NCBI RefSeq assembly: GCF_030686945.1
Contig: NW_027122668.1
Location: 124,099-188,098 of the forward strand
Direction: 5' to 3'
Length of the DNA stretch: 64,000 bases
Origin: Centruroides vittatus
Taxonomy: Eukaryota
In this document: positions 12,145 to 27,400 of the stretch, piece by piece
How positions within the stretch are numbered: position 1 is the stretch's first letter
How the letters are laid out: each line of letters opens with the position of its first letter
Program-made: the position numbers and the translations under genes
Notes under the pieces: model-generated
The model's input: only the letters and a program-made list of their open reading frames with translations
Told to the model about the DNA's origin: nothing
Databases searched by the model: none

Positions 12145-15100
12145 TACACAGTTAAAACACAGTTTCAGGAACAATTAGGCTCTGATTAAATTGATGCATA
12201 ATGAATCTGATACCTGTTGTGATATATTTTATGAAAAAATATATAAATTAACTTCTTTGACTAATAAAAATATTTTTAAGGTTGGTGTGTATTTCATACT
12301 ACGAACATAAAGTATTCGTTTGCAATATATGTAAATAAGCTAAGCTTGGTTTTTCTATGTTCCTGATCGTCTGAAAGATTGTCTAAACTGAGTGATGAAA
12401 CTGGTAAGCAATAGGTTTGATAGAGCCATTATTTTTAACTAGTTTCTAACTCTGGTTGTCAAAGCTTCATGAGTAATATGTAGATGATGCAATTCAACAA
12501 GTAATTTCATAAATTGATAATAAATTTAATATTTAGTTTGATCTTTGCATAGAATAACCTATTCACATATAAACTAGAAGTTCATATTTATTATATTGAA
12601 TATAAATTTAAATAATTTATATGCTTTTATTAAAAATATCTGTCTTATTTCTAAACAGTCCATTTTACCTAACTTCTACCTTAAATTAAGCAATAAAGGA
12701 AATGCTTTTTATTAGTCAGTTATTAAGACGGAAACTTTCATTTTGCACGATAAAAAGAGACACTGTCTTATAATGTATATTTTTTATTTTAAGAAAATAT
12801 ACATAATAATCCGTACAAATAATATGTAATAATAACACAAGTACTTATGTTCATAATAAGCTATTTATTTTTATGTATAATTATACTATTTATTTAATTT
12901 AAAAGAACAAATGTAATTGAATAGCAATATAATTATCTTTCTGTATATTTTTAATGATACCCAAAAAGATTACTAACATAATCAGGGAGAGGGTTCAAGG
13001 GGTCTGTCTGGGCACCTCCCTGATTATGCCACAATCTAAGTTTATTAGTTGAATAACTTAATTGTGGACTTTTCCTATATTTAGCATTTTTATTAACTTT
13101 TACATCTTCCATTATGAAGGGAGAGGCTCAGAGTGCCTGGTAATAGTCATCTATTAAAAGCAACTAGAATTAGAATGTGTAGTAATTCATTCATATTAAA
13201 TTTTAACTTTTACCTCCCTTTACACTAGATCATGTTAACTACTAAAAAAAGATGACATTTAGTTTAGTTTAAAGCCATAATAGTATTTTCATGGAATGTC
13301 AATCCTCAAATTATAGTTCCTTAACTAGTATATTGATGAAACTATGAATAAGCATAAAATTGTTTGAAAGAACTGGACTAAAATTAATATACAGACTTGG
13401 ATTCTGAGCATAAGCATTTTGGACATGTCCCTCCCTCGTCAGTCCTCTTTTACATGTCCAAAATACAGGCTTTTATTGGTTTCCATGGATATATATATCC
13501 ATATTAATTGTATTCCTGTATGATTCTTCTCTCATGCAATTTTTTATGCTTACTCATAATAATCACTATGAGAACAAAAGGCAATCAAGTACAGTTGAAG
13601 AAACTAGTTTTGATATTTATCATTTTGGAAAATGGATAGATGAAACATTTACATTCAGAAATGAAACAGTTGTAAGTGTATATTTAAAATTTTTAAAAAA
13701 CTTTTTAAGATATTATCATCATGAACTAATAAAGAAGAAAACATGAGTGGAATTGTTATTAACTATAAAGTTCTCATCACTTCATGTAATATATTTAATT
13801 AAGATGTATTTATAACGCATTAATAATAAACATAATATACATGTTGTAGATACTGATACTAAGCTTTGAAAATTTGTATATTATTATTCCATATTTCATC
13901 ATTTTTAGATTTATTCCAATTAAAGATACAGACTTGTTTCAATAAAGATTATCAACATAAATTTAAGTAAGAAGTGAAATCTATGTTCTTTAATCTTTAA
14001 ATATTACGGCTGATATCAAATATCACTGAGTCAACATGATATTGTAATGCATTTAATATATAATCTCTGACAAACAGAAATATTAAGGTCAAAGTTAAAT
14101 TATTTTTGAAAAATGTATTTATTATTTAACATATAATAGAAAAATTTCATAAGATAAAAAGTATAATTATAATCTGTTTTTTTTTTTATTATATTTGTTT
14201 TAAGTTATAAAAATTGAGTCATATTTTGTTATACTTTATTAACATTATAAAAATTAAGGCAAATATCTGTTCTGATTTTAAAATTGTATATATGTGATCT
14301 ATACAAAACTCTCACAATGAAAATTAATTACCATACATCAGGGTTACTCTGTCAAGTATTTGAAAGATGAATTAAATATTTTTCAATAAAGTATTCAAGT
14401 CATTCTTCATTTAAGAGTAATGCTTAACGTTCGTCAATAATGTCGGCAAAAACATTTTTGATAGCATTATTTGAAGAATCCTAAGCTTCACTCTTAAATG
14501 AGATGAGTTGTGAAATATTTGGCAATTCTTTCAGTATACATTTTAATTTTTAGTTATATTCAAAGAATCTTGTGTAGTAGTTAACACGACTACTATATTT
14601 TATATACTGATGATGTTTTTTAAATATTTTCAATAATTCAAAAGATCAGTTTATTTTAACGTATAGAACAAATAGCCAGAAGAAAATAGGAAAGATATCT
14701 TCTCTCTCCCAGCAGTGATAACATACATAACTATATTTATCTACAGTAGAGATACAGAATTTTGCTTTACATTTCTACTCCTGATACTGACAAAACTTTT
14801 CGTAGTGACATGTTCATTATTTACTTAAATTAAGGTTTTACCATATATTAAAAATATTTAACACTTATTTGGGCAAGATGGTTGTCATTAAATCTGAGTC
14901 TTTTATGTAATAAAGTAGAATTTAATAATGTATAATTTCACAGAAAAGTTTTATATATGTATTATTTCTTAAGTAATTATTTTATTTCTGAGACTGTAAT
15001 AAACAAGTATGCAATCTAAATCAAAATAAATACACAAACATTTTTTAGTAAATACATTTTATGAGCAGTAACTCTTGGTTTCGGATTTGGAAAAACCTGT

Positions 15101-15254
15101 TAATTTGCAAATGAATTTTATATGTAATTAGCAGGATGTTCATTTGCATGTGACAGATGAACCAGAAATTTTTGTCCATTTAAATCAAGGTGTTAATGTA
15201 ATACTTTTTTCTTTTGTTTAAAATTGTAAATTGTGGTACTTAGATTTTGGTTAA

Positions 15255-15908
15255 TGTAACCCTTGGTGCCAAAATGGTGGTTCATCTCTGATTTAGTGTT
15301 ACCACCTGTCTGGTTTTCACCCGGACAGTCTGGGAATCGACTCACTGTCTGGGTGAACTATTAATTTTGTCTGGGAATTTCGTGAAATTGTGAAAGTTCT
15401 TGCAAATATTGTTATAAATTTTCACCATTTGAACAACAAAAGACCTCACACTCACTGAAACTCATTTGCCATTCCGCCACGTTACTCTATTTATGCTGAC
15501 ATGTGACGCGCAACCTGCCTCTCAACCTTTTTTTTTTTTTCTTTATTTGCTTGTATGTTACTCCTACACAAGTCCCTAGACCCTAACTGTAACTGATTTA
15601 GAACCAGCATGCACGTTATTCTTTGCATTGTAAAATGACGTTGTCCATGCGTCAGGAACTTCTGTTGGAACAAACCTGACCTGCCGTCCAGGTCAGCGAT
15701 TTTGTAAAGGTGGCAACGCTACTCTGATTACAGCAAGAAAACAGTGGGATGCACGTTCTAACCTAACCTAATTTAACCTATTCTAATAATTTGGTTGTTA
15801 ATGATTATGGTAATTTATTAGAATAGGTTAGGTTAGGTTTGAACGTGCGTCCCACTGTTTCCTTGCTGGAATCAGAGACAGGCCACCATCTTGGCACCAA
15901 GGGTTACA
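15255..15908. mobile_element. piggyBac-superfamily MITE (TTAA target-site duplication, 33-bp TIR tgtaacccttggtgccaaratggtgg)
   Basis: Left end: TTAA|tgtaacccttggtgccaaaatggtgg. Right end: ggccaccatcttggcaccaagggttaca|TTAA. A nested second inverted repeat (cagtgggatgcacgttctaacctaacc / ggttaggttaggtttgaacgtgcgtcccactg) lies inside. The element has no coding capacity. ORF 15491..15673 is spurious. Confidence 0.6.
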
Positions 15909-17414
15909 TTAACCTAGATGTTAATATTATGAAAACTATTTTATTTTAATTTCAAATTAAATTATTTATTATTGTAATATGTATAATATATTAATTTTTA
16001 ATTCTGAACATTTGGAGATAAAAAGAAATTTATATATTATTTTTATTTATTATCATTAGGTTAAATAAAGAAACAATACATTTACCTAAAACCTATTATT
16101 ATTTTTAAATCCAAAAAATTTATATAAACCTCCAAAATAATTTGGAATATAAATCATCTATTGAGTTACAATCAATAATTTATATACTTTTTTTAAATAA
16201 TTCAAATTTATGATGTAATTTAAAATGTATATTTGTTAAATTTCATAATAAGTAATTATTGAGCTTTCTAAATTGAAAATTTTCCACGATAAAAGGAAAT
16301 TATTATGATCATTACAGGGAAAATTCTCAAAATTTATTATTTATAATGAAGTTAATGGCTATTTAAAACATTCTTCAATTTTTAATTTGTATAAATATTT
16401 AACTGCGTCTTCTTAAATCAAATATGGATTTTAAGTATGTCAAAGATTTGGCATCCGTTCAGTAATCACCTTAATAGCGTTATAATAGCTCGACATAGAT
16501 ACTTGTAAGCCGATAAGAATTAAGTTTAAAGTTTTTTAAATATGAAGGTGTAGAAGTTCTGCATAAAAAGTAATTAAAACTTAATTACAGTTGTATCAAT
16601 TTTTTTTAATTAGAATAATTTTTTTTAAAATTCTGATTATTTTTGCGTTAATTTTGCATCGTACGGTGTTTCATTTTGAAAAGAATTGTAACGAAATCAT
16701 TGATTTTTGTCGTTCTCGAATGCTGCCACATTGATCTACTTCCTTAGATATTGGATCATTGCCAGTAAACAATGAATAATATATATCTACGATATATATT
16801 TTCATGTTTACTGCACGGTTGTCATTTTGACATTTTAAGCTTTAATATATAAATTTCAGGTAATATTTTAAAGATCATTGACTGAGCTTATTATTTATAT
16901 AAAATCTATCATTTTAATTGCACATCTTAACAAATATTTTAAATAATTTTTTTAATATATTTTAATAGTAATAAGTCTAATGTTTAAGTAAAAAAAAAAA
17001 TTATTAAGTACGATTTATTCTGTTTACTTTTACGCATGAAATCAAATGTGTTTTTTTTGTCGGGAAATATATTTTGTAATGCTTGTTTTTATATTACTTT
17101 AATGTTGTTAATCATCATAAATTTTTATTATTTAATGTGTTTATCAGGTTTCTTTGAATTACATAAACAAATTTTTAGAATAATTACTAATTTTATTCTA
17201 ATGTTTTAAATGTTTTCAAGTAAATATTAATTTTTTTTAATAGCAATATATATTTTTTTTTTTTTTTAAAAAAGATTTTCTTCTGATTAAATGTAATCTT
17301 AACAGTTTTATTTGATATAAGAATGGAGTGGTTCTGAATTTTAAAATTATGAAAAACATACATTACTGAAGCAATTATTTAACAAATTTTTGTGCTAGAA
17401 AGGTACAAAAGATG

Positions 17415-17585
17415 CAGTGGCGTAGCGAATGTAACTGTTGCTGGGGTATAACTGGCGCTTGACACTTTATTGGTGCCCCCCTCCAGAAACACACATAGTT
17501 TGTCTTGGAGACCATTTGGGCACCCCTCTGTGAGTGGAGCTCGGTGCATGAAACACCCCCTTGCACCCCCCTTGCTACGCCACTG
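17415..17585. mobile_element. hAT-like MITE (cagtggcgtagc family), present in copy 1 only
   Basis: Same family as 3122..3288, in inverted orientation. At the corresponding site in copy 2 (about 41480) the sequence agaaagggatgaaaggttctcctagtg is uninterrupted. Confidence 0.5.
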
Positions 17586-17886
17586 GAAAGGTGCCTCCTA
17601 GTGTTTTCTTGTCCTGAAGAAGTTCCATTCTAGAGAATTAAGAGTTTGAAAGAGGTTAATTTTTAAAAGTACACAAAATTTGACATGTTTAAGAGAAATT
17701 AAAGGAATTTCTCATCTTTCTATAAGAAGTTGAATTCTATAAAACTTTTAGGACAAACTGTACATATATATAATAATTAAAAGACCTTAAAAAGGTAATA
17801 AGGTGAAGTGATTTGAATTATTAATGTTTAGAAAGTTAAAATTGCTTTCAGTCTCATTTCACCTCAAAATTAATTAGAACTATATA

Positions 17887-18191
17887 CAGTAGAGCATCGA
17901 TTATCCGACTTAATTGGGGACTGGGGTTGGTCGGATAACTGAAAAGTCGGATAACCGAAAAGTATGAAAAAATACATTATTAGTATAGTGTATTAGGCCT
18001 GGTTTAAATACTAGCCTCCCTTTCATCATCGAGCCATGCTGCCAGCTAAAACATGCAAAAATTTAAAAAAATAATATTAAAGTAGCCAAGACAACCAAAT
18101 ATTGTAGCGCCACATCACTAGCGGACATTTGAATTTGCCGACTAGAACGCGGTCAGTTAACCGATAAGTCGGATAATCGATGCTCTACTGT
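17887..18191. mobile_element. Tc1/mariner-like MITE (TIR cagtagagcatcgattatccgac, TA duplication), present in copy 1 only
   Basis: ta|cagtagagcatcgattatccgacttaattgg ... ccgataagtcggataatcgatgctctactg|ta. At the matching position copy 2 carries a different, unrelated insertion (41716..41810 and neighbouring sequence). Confidence 0.55.
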
Positions 18192-18455
18192 AATTATATA
18201 ACAAATACATTTGGGTAGATTGTTTAGTATCTTTACTCATATATTTAATTATTTGTATGATTAAAAACTTAGTTGATTATGGAAGTTACTGTGTTAAAGC
18301 TATAGAAGTTTTTAAATATTTTCTGTTGTTGACCAGTGTATTAAAATTATAAATCTGTACAATCCAAATAAAGAAGTTTTTAAATTTAAATCATACAAAA
18401 TTTATAAGAAAATTGAATTCTTTTCTAATGTTTTCTATATTGTTTAGTTGGCGAA

Positions 18456-21400
18456 ATGACTACTCCAAAGCATAATCGTAATGAGGAGAGTATCTACAGG
18501 ATCCCACCATATTATTATTTACATGTTTTGGACCAGACATCAAATGTTACAAGAGTGGAAGTTGGTCCACAGACATATATTCGCAAGGAAAATGAAAGGT
18601 AAGAAAATTAACTTAAATAAAGCTATAATAATCTCATAATACAAGTTATATATGAAATTAAATTGTAGTATTAACTCTGCACCATATTGATTTTAAGCTG
18701 TAATTAACTGATTTATCAAACTGTTTATTCTTAGAATTTTGAGTTATAAAATATTTCTTTTATTGATGGTTGATTTGAAATTTCCTTTTGCCAATATATA
18801 TACTTTTTTTTCCTCTTTACTATTCGATGCATATTTATTCCAATATACAATTATAAATCAAAAACTGTTAATCATTTTAATGTATTAAAAATAATTCTTT
18901 ATTTTTTTAATGTCCTTACTTTTAAAAATATACCATGTAAATAATGAAATACAGTAAAACTTCTGTAACTTGAAGTTTTTTTCCTGCCTCTTTCAAGTTA
19001 GACAATTCAGATTAGAGAACAATACTGATAAATGCCAATTCCAAGTAGATTAGATCTCTTGCATTTTATATAAAGAATCTTTGATAGTTTTTTGTTTTAA
19101 ACAGCTGTTTAATGCCTTTTCATCAACATGTTAATGTAGCTAACAGAATCAGTTTTGCAGGTACAGTACATCTTATCGAGATAAAGCAACAGATCATCTC
19201 ATTTTGGACTGGAATGTTGTCTATAAATAGGTGTTGGACAGTATATACAACTAACTGTCTGAAAACTTCGTGAAAATCAACAATTAGGATCACTTCAGAC
19301 AGAATAAGTATTAAAATTCAAGTCAGGATCAAGTCAAGTATAAATCTAAACTGAACCAAATATTTCACAAGATTCTAAAAAATGTTACAATAGAACACAT
19401 GTAAATGTCACTATAGAATATAGAAATAAGACTGACTTCTGAAAAGAATATTTTATTGCAATAAATTTGCACTTCTACAACAACCTAAATCAACTTTCAC
19501 AAGGTTTTGGCTTAGTCTTCATCGGTTCAACACCATACTTGTGGAGCCATCTAAAAAAGTTTTTCCCTCTTCTAACTCCTGTATATTTCCATCTTATGGG
19601 TAGAAGACAAAACTAGAGTTAAAATGAATTCTAAGCAATGAATTCTGTAAAACTGTAGCTCTTCAATTAATTAACGAGCATTGAATCTACTAATTAAAGT
19701 ACCTTACAATAGAATATTACTTATATATTATATGAGTATAAATAAAACATGATTTTATTATCATAGTGATATTTTGATAATGATAAGTATTAGGTGACAA
19801 AATTGAGTTGCATGGTCTTAACCAAACAGTTAGTTAGTTAGTTAGTTAGTTAGTTATTGAATAAAATACCAAAAAGGTGCATTTCCGGTACCGTAGAATG
19901 ACAGAACTGAGGGAGTGATTGTAAGAGGTGCAGTGCGAAAGGAAGACACAATGCATGGTCCAATTAAACAAATTTAATTTTGTGCTTAAAAATATATATA
20001 CAGTTTCTTTAGTTTTGCTGTTGTACAATTCCGGCTACCTTCTGATGGTTTCAGTGTTGCAGGCAATCCAGGTAGTTGGTCTTATCCCAACTACTAACCG
20101 ACAATGGTTTGTGTCTAATAGTCTCTTGCGCAATTCCTAATCTAACTTAATCTAATAGAAGATGGATAGAAAAAGGGGAAGTAAGAAGAATAATAGGATA
20201 AGGGGTACCCAGTTTATCGGTGAGTAGTCCAAGTATTTCTTTGTCTCGACTTCCAAATCTTGAACGTTTTATTCTCTTGCAGTTCGGCTATCTCAGAGTT
20301 CTCCTCCAGATGTATCAATATACTTCTTTTTTGATCCGTTCTCTATGGTCTCCTTTTTTACAGCGCTCGTCGGATTCCACTTACGAGCCTTGCCACCACA
20401 CGTCCGTTACCTCTCGTGTCCGGCCCAAGAATGTGTCTTGGAATTTCTATTTTCCCCTCCAGCTCCATCGCAGACTATTGTTTTCACCCTACCTCCTGGT
20501 GGGCTAGGGGAGAGTCTGAGTTCTCGGAAGTTCGAAACAAAGGGAATTGGAAGGAAGGATAAATTTATAGAAATAGAATATAAAATTAAATTAAAAACTA
20601 TACAAAATAGAATGGTGTACAGCCACATGATATTTGTGAGGGTGACAAAAATGAGGGATGAGTGTAATCCAGTCTCTATGAAAAATTTGATCACATTATG
20701 AATTTTTTTTATTCTAGAGTTTAGTTTTGATGTTACAGGAATTCCTTGACTTTTGGACAATTCCCTCCACCTCTTTTTTTGTACATTATATTTTGATACC
20801 TCCGAGTTACTTTTCTTAGATAAAATTTGGATTTTTATACATTTTCAGCGACAAAAAAAAAACATTTGAGAGATTGTGCAGTGACTTGCTACTGATCTAG
20901 ATTTTTCTAACATAAAAATCAATTCATTTTGTAAAAAATTACAGTAGAGACCATCATAATACCGTTTTGTTTTATGTAAAATAGAAATAAATACAGTAGA
21001 GCGTCGAAAAGTGGAACCAATTGGGGACTGGAGTCGTTCCAAGTAGTGATTTTTTCCAATTTCCGATTATGTACGAAAAAATATATTAACCTGTCCGATG
21101 TTCAAATTTTTCTTTGTTGCGTATCGCTTCCTGTTGAATTTTTCTCCGTTGCGTGTCGTTTTGTGTTGAATTTTCGTTGATTTTAAGCCTAACGAAAATT
21201 TTTATAATAATAATCGAGGCTATCGTATCGTTAAAAATTATTTCTTTATTTTGTACAAACAAAATAAATATATTGAAGAATATAAAAAACATGAAAATTA
21301 TACTTTAGAAGTAAATTTAGTATCAAAAACGTTCGATTCAGCACGACACAGTCCGACTGAAAATCGTTTCAGTTTCTGGCCATTTCAATTACCCACGTTC

Positions 21401-24400
21401 CACTTTTCGACGCTCTACTGTACTATAATTTTTAAATAAAATTTTATAATTAAATATTTTCAGAGTTATTTTGGGACCCGAAAAAATGATCATTGTTCCT
21501 CCAGGTCATTATTGTGTGATACAAAATCCTGTGATAAGAGACAATGATGGAATTATTCAATATGATCTATATGGTCAAAGTAAACTGCGACATGCTGACT
21601 TAGAAATAAGATTACAGCAAGATCCTTTTCCTTTATATCCTGGAGAAGTTTTGTTTCAGGTTAGAAGATATTAAATATTCGATTTTTCTTAAAAATTATT
21701 TTAAGTGCATATTAATTTATACATCATAATTAATTTTATAACTTTATTGTACATTGATAAAGAAAGTACAGATTCTATTAATATTTGATTTATATAGAAG
21801 ACTAAGATTTTATTGTCGTGCTATCTATATCCTGGCTGATTAAGTATATCTTACCAAATTACATATCATCTATATATTTAACTAGCCAAGTTACAGTTTG
21901 ATAATAAACCCAATTTTATCATTTAAGTAATAAAATCAATTATGTAGTGTATATTTTTGATATTTATTAATTAACGTCAACTAATTTTAAGTGGATGAAT
22001 AAAATAACTTTTTATACTGATATCAATAAACAATTTATTAGATTATATTATCAGAATTCATCTTTGTCTTCATATTACTCAATTTTTCATTTTGAAATAG
22101 TAATATTTGTGTTCTTTAATTTTAATTTTGCAATTTCATCAAATTTAAGTTACATTTGTGCTATTGTATGCTTGTAAAACAAATATTTTTTTCAAGAATA
22201 CACTAACAAAACATATATAAACGTTTTGAAAATATTTGTGTTAGATGTTTAATTTTAATATTATTCTTAATATACATTATAGTCATGACTATAATGTATA
22301 TTAGTATATTAGTGTTCTCCAGAAATTTTTACCAGTGAGATGAAATGTGTGAAGAGGTTCCAAAAACGAGTTTAAATTAAACATTTATTATAGAAACTTA
22401 TTAAAACAAAACTAGAGGAAAAACACCTCCATTGTTAAAACCGATGAAAGATCAGATTCTTTGTGCTAGTCATATGAAACTGGGACAAGAAAAAAAGACT
22501 ATTAGTGAGGTTGAGGCAGAAGTTTTAAACGTGAAAACGTGTATGTTGGACGTTCAGCGCCACTTTCCTGTAAGCGTGGAAATTTGACAATGATGTTTGG
22601 AATATTGAGCATGATTCCACTGACTTTCCAAATGCCATTGTCAAACTTCTAGGCTTATGGAAAGCGGCGCTGAACGTCCAACATACACGTTTTCACATTT
22701 AAAACTTCTGCCTCAACCTCGCTATTAATGTAAAACACAATGCAATAAATGAAAACTAATGTTCTCCAGTAGAGATGGACCTATGACAAGGCACTCGTAT
22801 ATAAGTAAATAGAACATAGAAAAATTTTGGAAAAGGGAACGGTTAATTATGAAAGGAGACATTGTGTCAGGCCATTAAAATTTTAAGACATCATACACTA
22901 GACAACAATGAGTTAAAATATGAGCGCAAGAGTGGGAAGAAGAGATGTGGAACCAGTCAGAATGGACAAAAGGGGGAGAATGGAGATTGATATAATCCCT
23001 GATTGTCAAGGTCAGGGGACACTCAGTTAGTGGAGTCCAAAGTGAAAAGATGCTGTGTGTCAATACATGGAAGATGGAGCTTTCTGTCCTTGTGCCATGC
23101 CACCGATGCCAACTAATGAATCTCCTCATCTGCTGCAGAAAAAACATCCTCGAACCTTCAATTGTTTAAAGCACTTTGTGCATAGAGTAAGTTATTTCCT
23201 GTCAAAATAAACGTGTTATGTGAGATACTTGTCATCATTTGTCTCCTCTGCCACAATCTCACACGAGCATCCCTAGATCATCCTGACGCGGGATTAACGA
23301 TCTCCTCCTAAAAGTTGGCTAACTTACAAATGGAGTAGCTGGAGTGATAAAAAATACTGCCGTTTTTATAAAATTTTTTATTCATAAATTCAATTCATAT
23401 TTCTTCATAAACAATACATCCACATAGACATAAACAAACACACCTATATTGAAAGTCATTTGAAAGAGACTGTGCAGACAGGGCCGGCCTTCTCGATAAA
23501 GGGGCCCGGGTGCAAGAAACTATTTGGGCCCAAATGTTTTTCTAAAATAAAAAAATTTACAAACACGAACATATATTAATGCATGTTTATTTAAAGCGTG
23601 ATTTTGTTCTTGCTAATACATTAATTACTTCAGAAAAATTACTAAAAATACTGCATTCTTGATAATGTTGGGGCCCCCTCAATCGCGGGGCCCCGGTGCG
23701 TAGCATCCGCCGCACCCCCCCGATGGCCGGCCCTGTGTGCAGAAGTTAATTCACCACATGGATTAGCTTCTGCAAATGTCAGTTGGCAATGGGTGATTAT
23801 ATTGTTAGACTAACCCAATTTTATAGTAGTGAAAGTGTCAGAATATTTTAAAAAGTTTATTAAATATCAGTTTTAGTCAATTTTAATAAATATAACAATA
23901 GTATTTTGTATGAGTAAATCACAGTGTACACAATCTAGCAGAAAAATGCCATGGTAAATTATTGTGAAGCAGAAAAATTTTGTTTCTAAGCATGGAAAAA
24001 TTATAGAAAAGATAATTTTTGCTTTTGTAACAATTACTACAGAAAATGAGAATAGAAAAGTTTTTACATGCCAATTCTGTTTAAAATATTATAAAACAAA
24101 TTGGCATAACCTCAACTATTTTCACCTCGGAATGATGATAGAAGTTCAAGATAGATGATGGTATGGTCAGTTGTAAAGCATTCATTGATCATGATCATTC
24201 TCAATTCCTTTATTATCCATTAAGGCAAACACCCAACAAACTAAACACTTGGTAAATGTTAGAAAATTTATTTACACTTGATATAACATGTATAAGTTCA
24301 ATAAAGGATGCCAACTCTAGGCAAGACCCAATCGTTGGTGGAACAATATGACGACATACTGAATCCATACAAAAATCAATGACACTTATTACAAAAATAA

Positions 24401-27400
24401 TTTTTCTAAAACTAACCCTTAATACTAAATGTACTCTAAGAAAGGAAGATTGCTACTTTTTGCCCCTCTTCAAAGGTGGCAGATAGGACAGAACAAAAAG
24501 TATGCGGGTCATACAAACATCTTCCTGTTATTGTGAGGGGCCATGTGGAAACTTCTTACATACAATACATGCTTGTCTTATCCTCAGTTCCTGAGGGTTT
24601 TTACTTGTATCCAAATTGTCGGTCACTCTTTTGAAACTTTCAACTGGTCAAGAATGCCAACTCAAACACTGGGAATTTCAAGGTTTCCACTCAGTTATAA
24701 CTTCACCCATCTACTTGGGCACCGGACACTATAACATCTCTCTTCTTTCATCATCATTTCTCTTCAAACACCAGCTCAAAAGTGACCTTCCTTTGCCTTG
24801 TACGCCCTCAGATAACCTTGTACTCATTATACTGATTATTTCAGGAAGTGGCTCTCACCTCTAAGAAGGAAGAATTAGAGATTAGCAAGTTCTAGAAGGG
24901 AGAAAGAACAGAGTAAGAAGAACAAAGACGAAAAGCGACATACAGTGGACAATCACAATATGAATAAAAATTACAAAATATTTTACATAATCAGTAGTTA
25001 CTAAAATCCACTAAAAAATAGATAACATTATTTTCTAATTTCTCTCTTATTCTGAAATTATAATCTGAAATAAAAGCATTAATTAATGGAACCTAATCTT
25101 GACACTCCTGTAATGTAAGCCTACTGCCCACTCTACCTAAGTCTCAAACTGATACTGACTGTAAGCAATCGACATTACATGCGATTTTGTTACTTCATTT
25201 ATTGAATTCTTTATGCTACTGAGAGAATTTATCTTTTTCTGCATTACTTTATTGTAAGTAGGAATGGAACTTCACAATTCTGCATTCCTGTTCTTACTCA
25301 CTATTTTGTCGGTGCAAAGAACCAGGCAGCAGATCCATAAAAATGGATCTGATTTCAAACTTTGTAATTTGATACACAGTACTCCTGAATGATAAATCAG
25401 AATGTTTTTTTCTTTAAAAATAATTTACAAAATTTAGAAGTCAAATGACATTTTTAAAATAGAGATATCTTTTTGTATTCCACAAAACTTGGCACTGTGG
25501 TCAACTTTTAAATTCTTAAATATCTACTTCTTATGGAAACTAAATATATATATTTTTGGCCCTAAAGTTGTATTGGAAATTAATGGAAACTGAAGACAGC
25601 CTATTTAGGGCCGAAAACATTTAATTTATAAAAAAAAAAGAAAGTCTTGGATTCCATACAAAGTGGTTACTTAAGAATTTTAAAAAATCATTTGCTTTTG
25701 CATTTATATCTTAAAATTTTCTAAAATTTAATTATTTAATAAATTTTTAGGAAGTGAAACAATTACAAGTTGTTCCTGCAAACTGTGCTCTCAGAGTTCG
25801 AGCATTAAGAGATTTTGAAGATGGTAAAATAAAAAGAATTGCAGGAGACGAATGGCTGTTTGAGGGTCCAGGTATTTAGGTTCATATTTACTAGACATAT
25901 AGTTAGACTTCATAAATTACCGTTAATCAATAAAATTATTTGACTTTGTATTGTTTGTCACACTGAATAAACCACAAGAAAAGACAGAAAAACAAAATTA
26001 ATTTAAAACAGATGTAAATTTTTTAAATGTAAGATGTGTTATCATTAAAAATAACTATAAAAACATTGAGACGTTATAGAAATAAGTTTTATTTCCTCAA
26101 TATTTACTTTCTAAGTAAAAACTTAATTTGTGAAAATCATTTTTCAAAGTTAATCACCAGAATTTATTGCTTTATTTTATAGGAACTTATATACCTCGTA
26201 AAGAAGTAGAAGTAGTAGAAAAAGTTAAAGCAACCGTAATCAAACCAAATCAAGCCTTAAAGCTACGAGCAAAGACCGAAATGATCGATCGTGATGGAGT
26301 AAAGCGTGTAATGGGAGAAGAATGGTTGATTAAAAAAGTTGGTGCTTATTTACCAAGAGCACATGAAGAAATTGTTGATATTGTCAATGCATATATTCTA
26401 ACAGAAAAAGTAACTTATTTGGCTTCACAAAATTTATTTGGTTTTCAACTAAAATTTATATATATGTTAACCTTTCTTATGTACTGAAATTTGTATTTTC
26501 TTTAATATTAGGAAGCGGTTCACGTTCGTGCAATTAACACATTTGTTGACGATCTGGGCAACACTCGAAAGAATGGAGAAGAATGGCTAGTGAAAATGAC
26601 AGATGTCGACACCTACATTCCAGGAGTTTACGAGAAGGTTGTAGGAGTAATACCTATTACGGCGCTTTCAAATCGTCAGTACTGTGTTATTCTAGATCCT
26701 GTAGATGAGAGCGGTAAGCCACAGCTAAGCCAGAAATTGTTGGTTAAGGTAAATTATTTTAATTGTAACTTAATTTTGATTTATAGTAATTTACGAAATT
26801 ACAAGTTTGATTTTTGTATAAATTAAGTTATTCAGTTCATTGAGAGTTCAAATTCTTGAAATTTTCTACATTTATTATTTTATAATTATTTTATTACTAA
26901 AGTCTATAAGCATTTTTATTATTATTTAAATCTAAAATTTTATTAGAAATTTATAATCTACTGAAACAAAGTTACTTACAAAAAAATTCTTAATTTTCTC
27001 ATTTTAATATTGTGGGTGCGCCTGGAAGTGGACAGAGTTGCACCTTCCTTTTTGTCGGCTAATAGGTCGGTGATACCTGCCCATGTCAAGATGGCGGTTC
27101 GGATGGATTACGCGTTATGCATTCTTCGCGAGTGGAGGAAGCGGATGGGTCCGACGATAGAGCGGCGCCGATACTCGAATAAATGACATGAACAACGTAT
27201 AGAAACAACAACAATTTATTAAGACTAGAGCTAAAGGTACAATAGGGCGAGCTACAGTCACCTATGGTTTAGATACGCGGAGGGAGAGTTTACACAAATT
27301 TGGGGAGTCATACCTCGTGGTCCGAATCTGTCCTTTCTCTAGGTCAAAGTATCTTCGGCAAGGTATTCCTTTCGTTCGCCGTCGGAACGCGCACACACTG

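Noticed and set aside
20220-20760. Paired ORFs (95-118 aa on the plus strand, 117 aa on the minus strand) conserved at 46005..46501 in copy 2
   Set aside because: They are conserved only because they sit inside the segmental duplication. Sense and antisense ORFs overlap, there is no splice-site context, the composition is low-complexity, and they lie in the repeat-rich region upstream of MVP exon 2.
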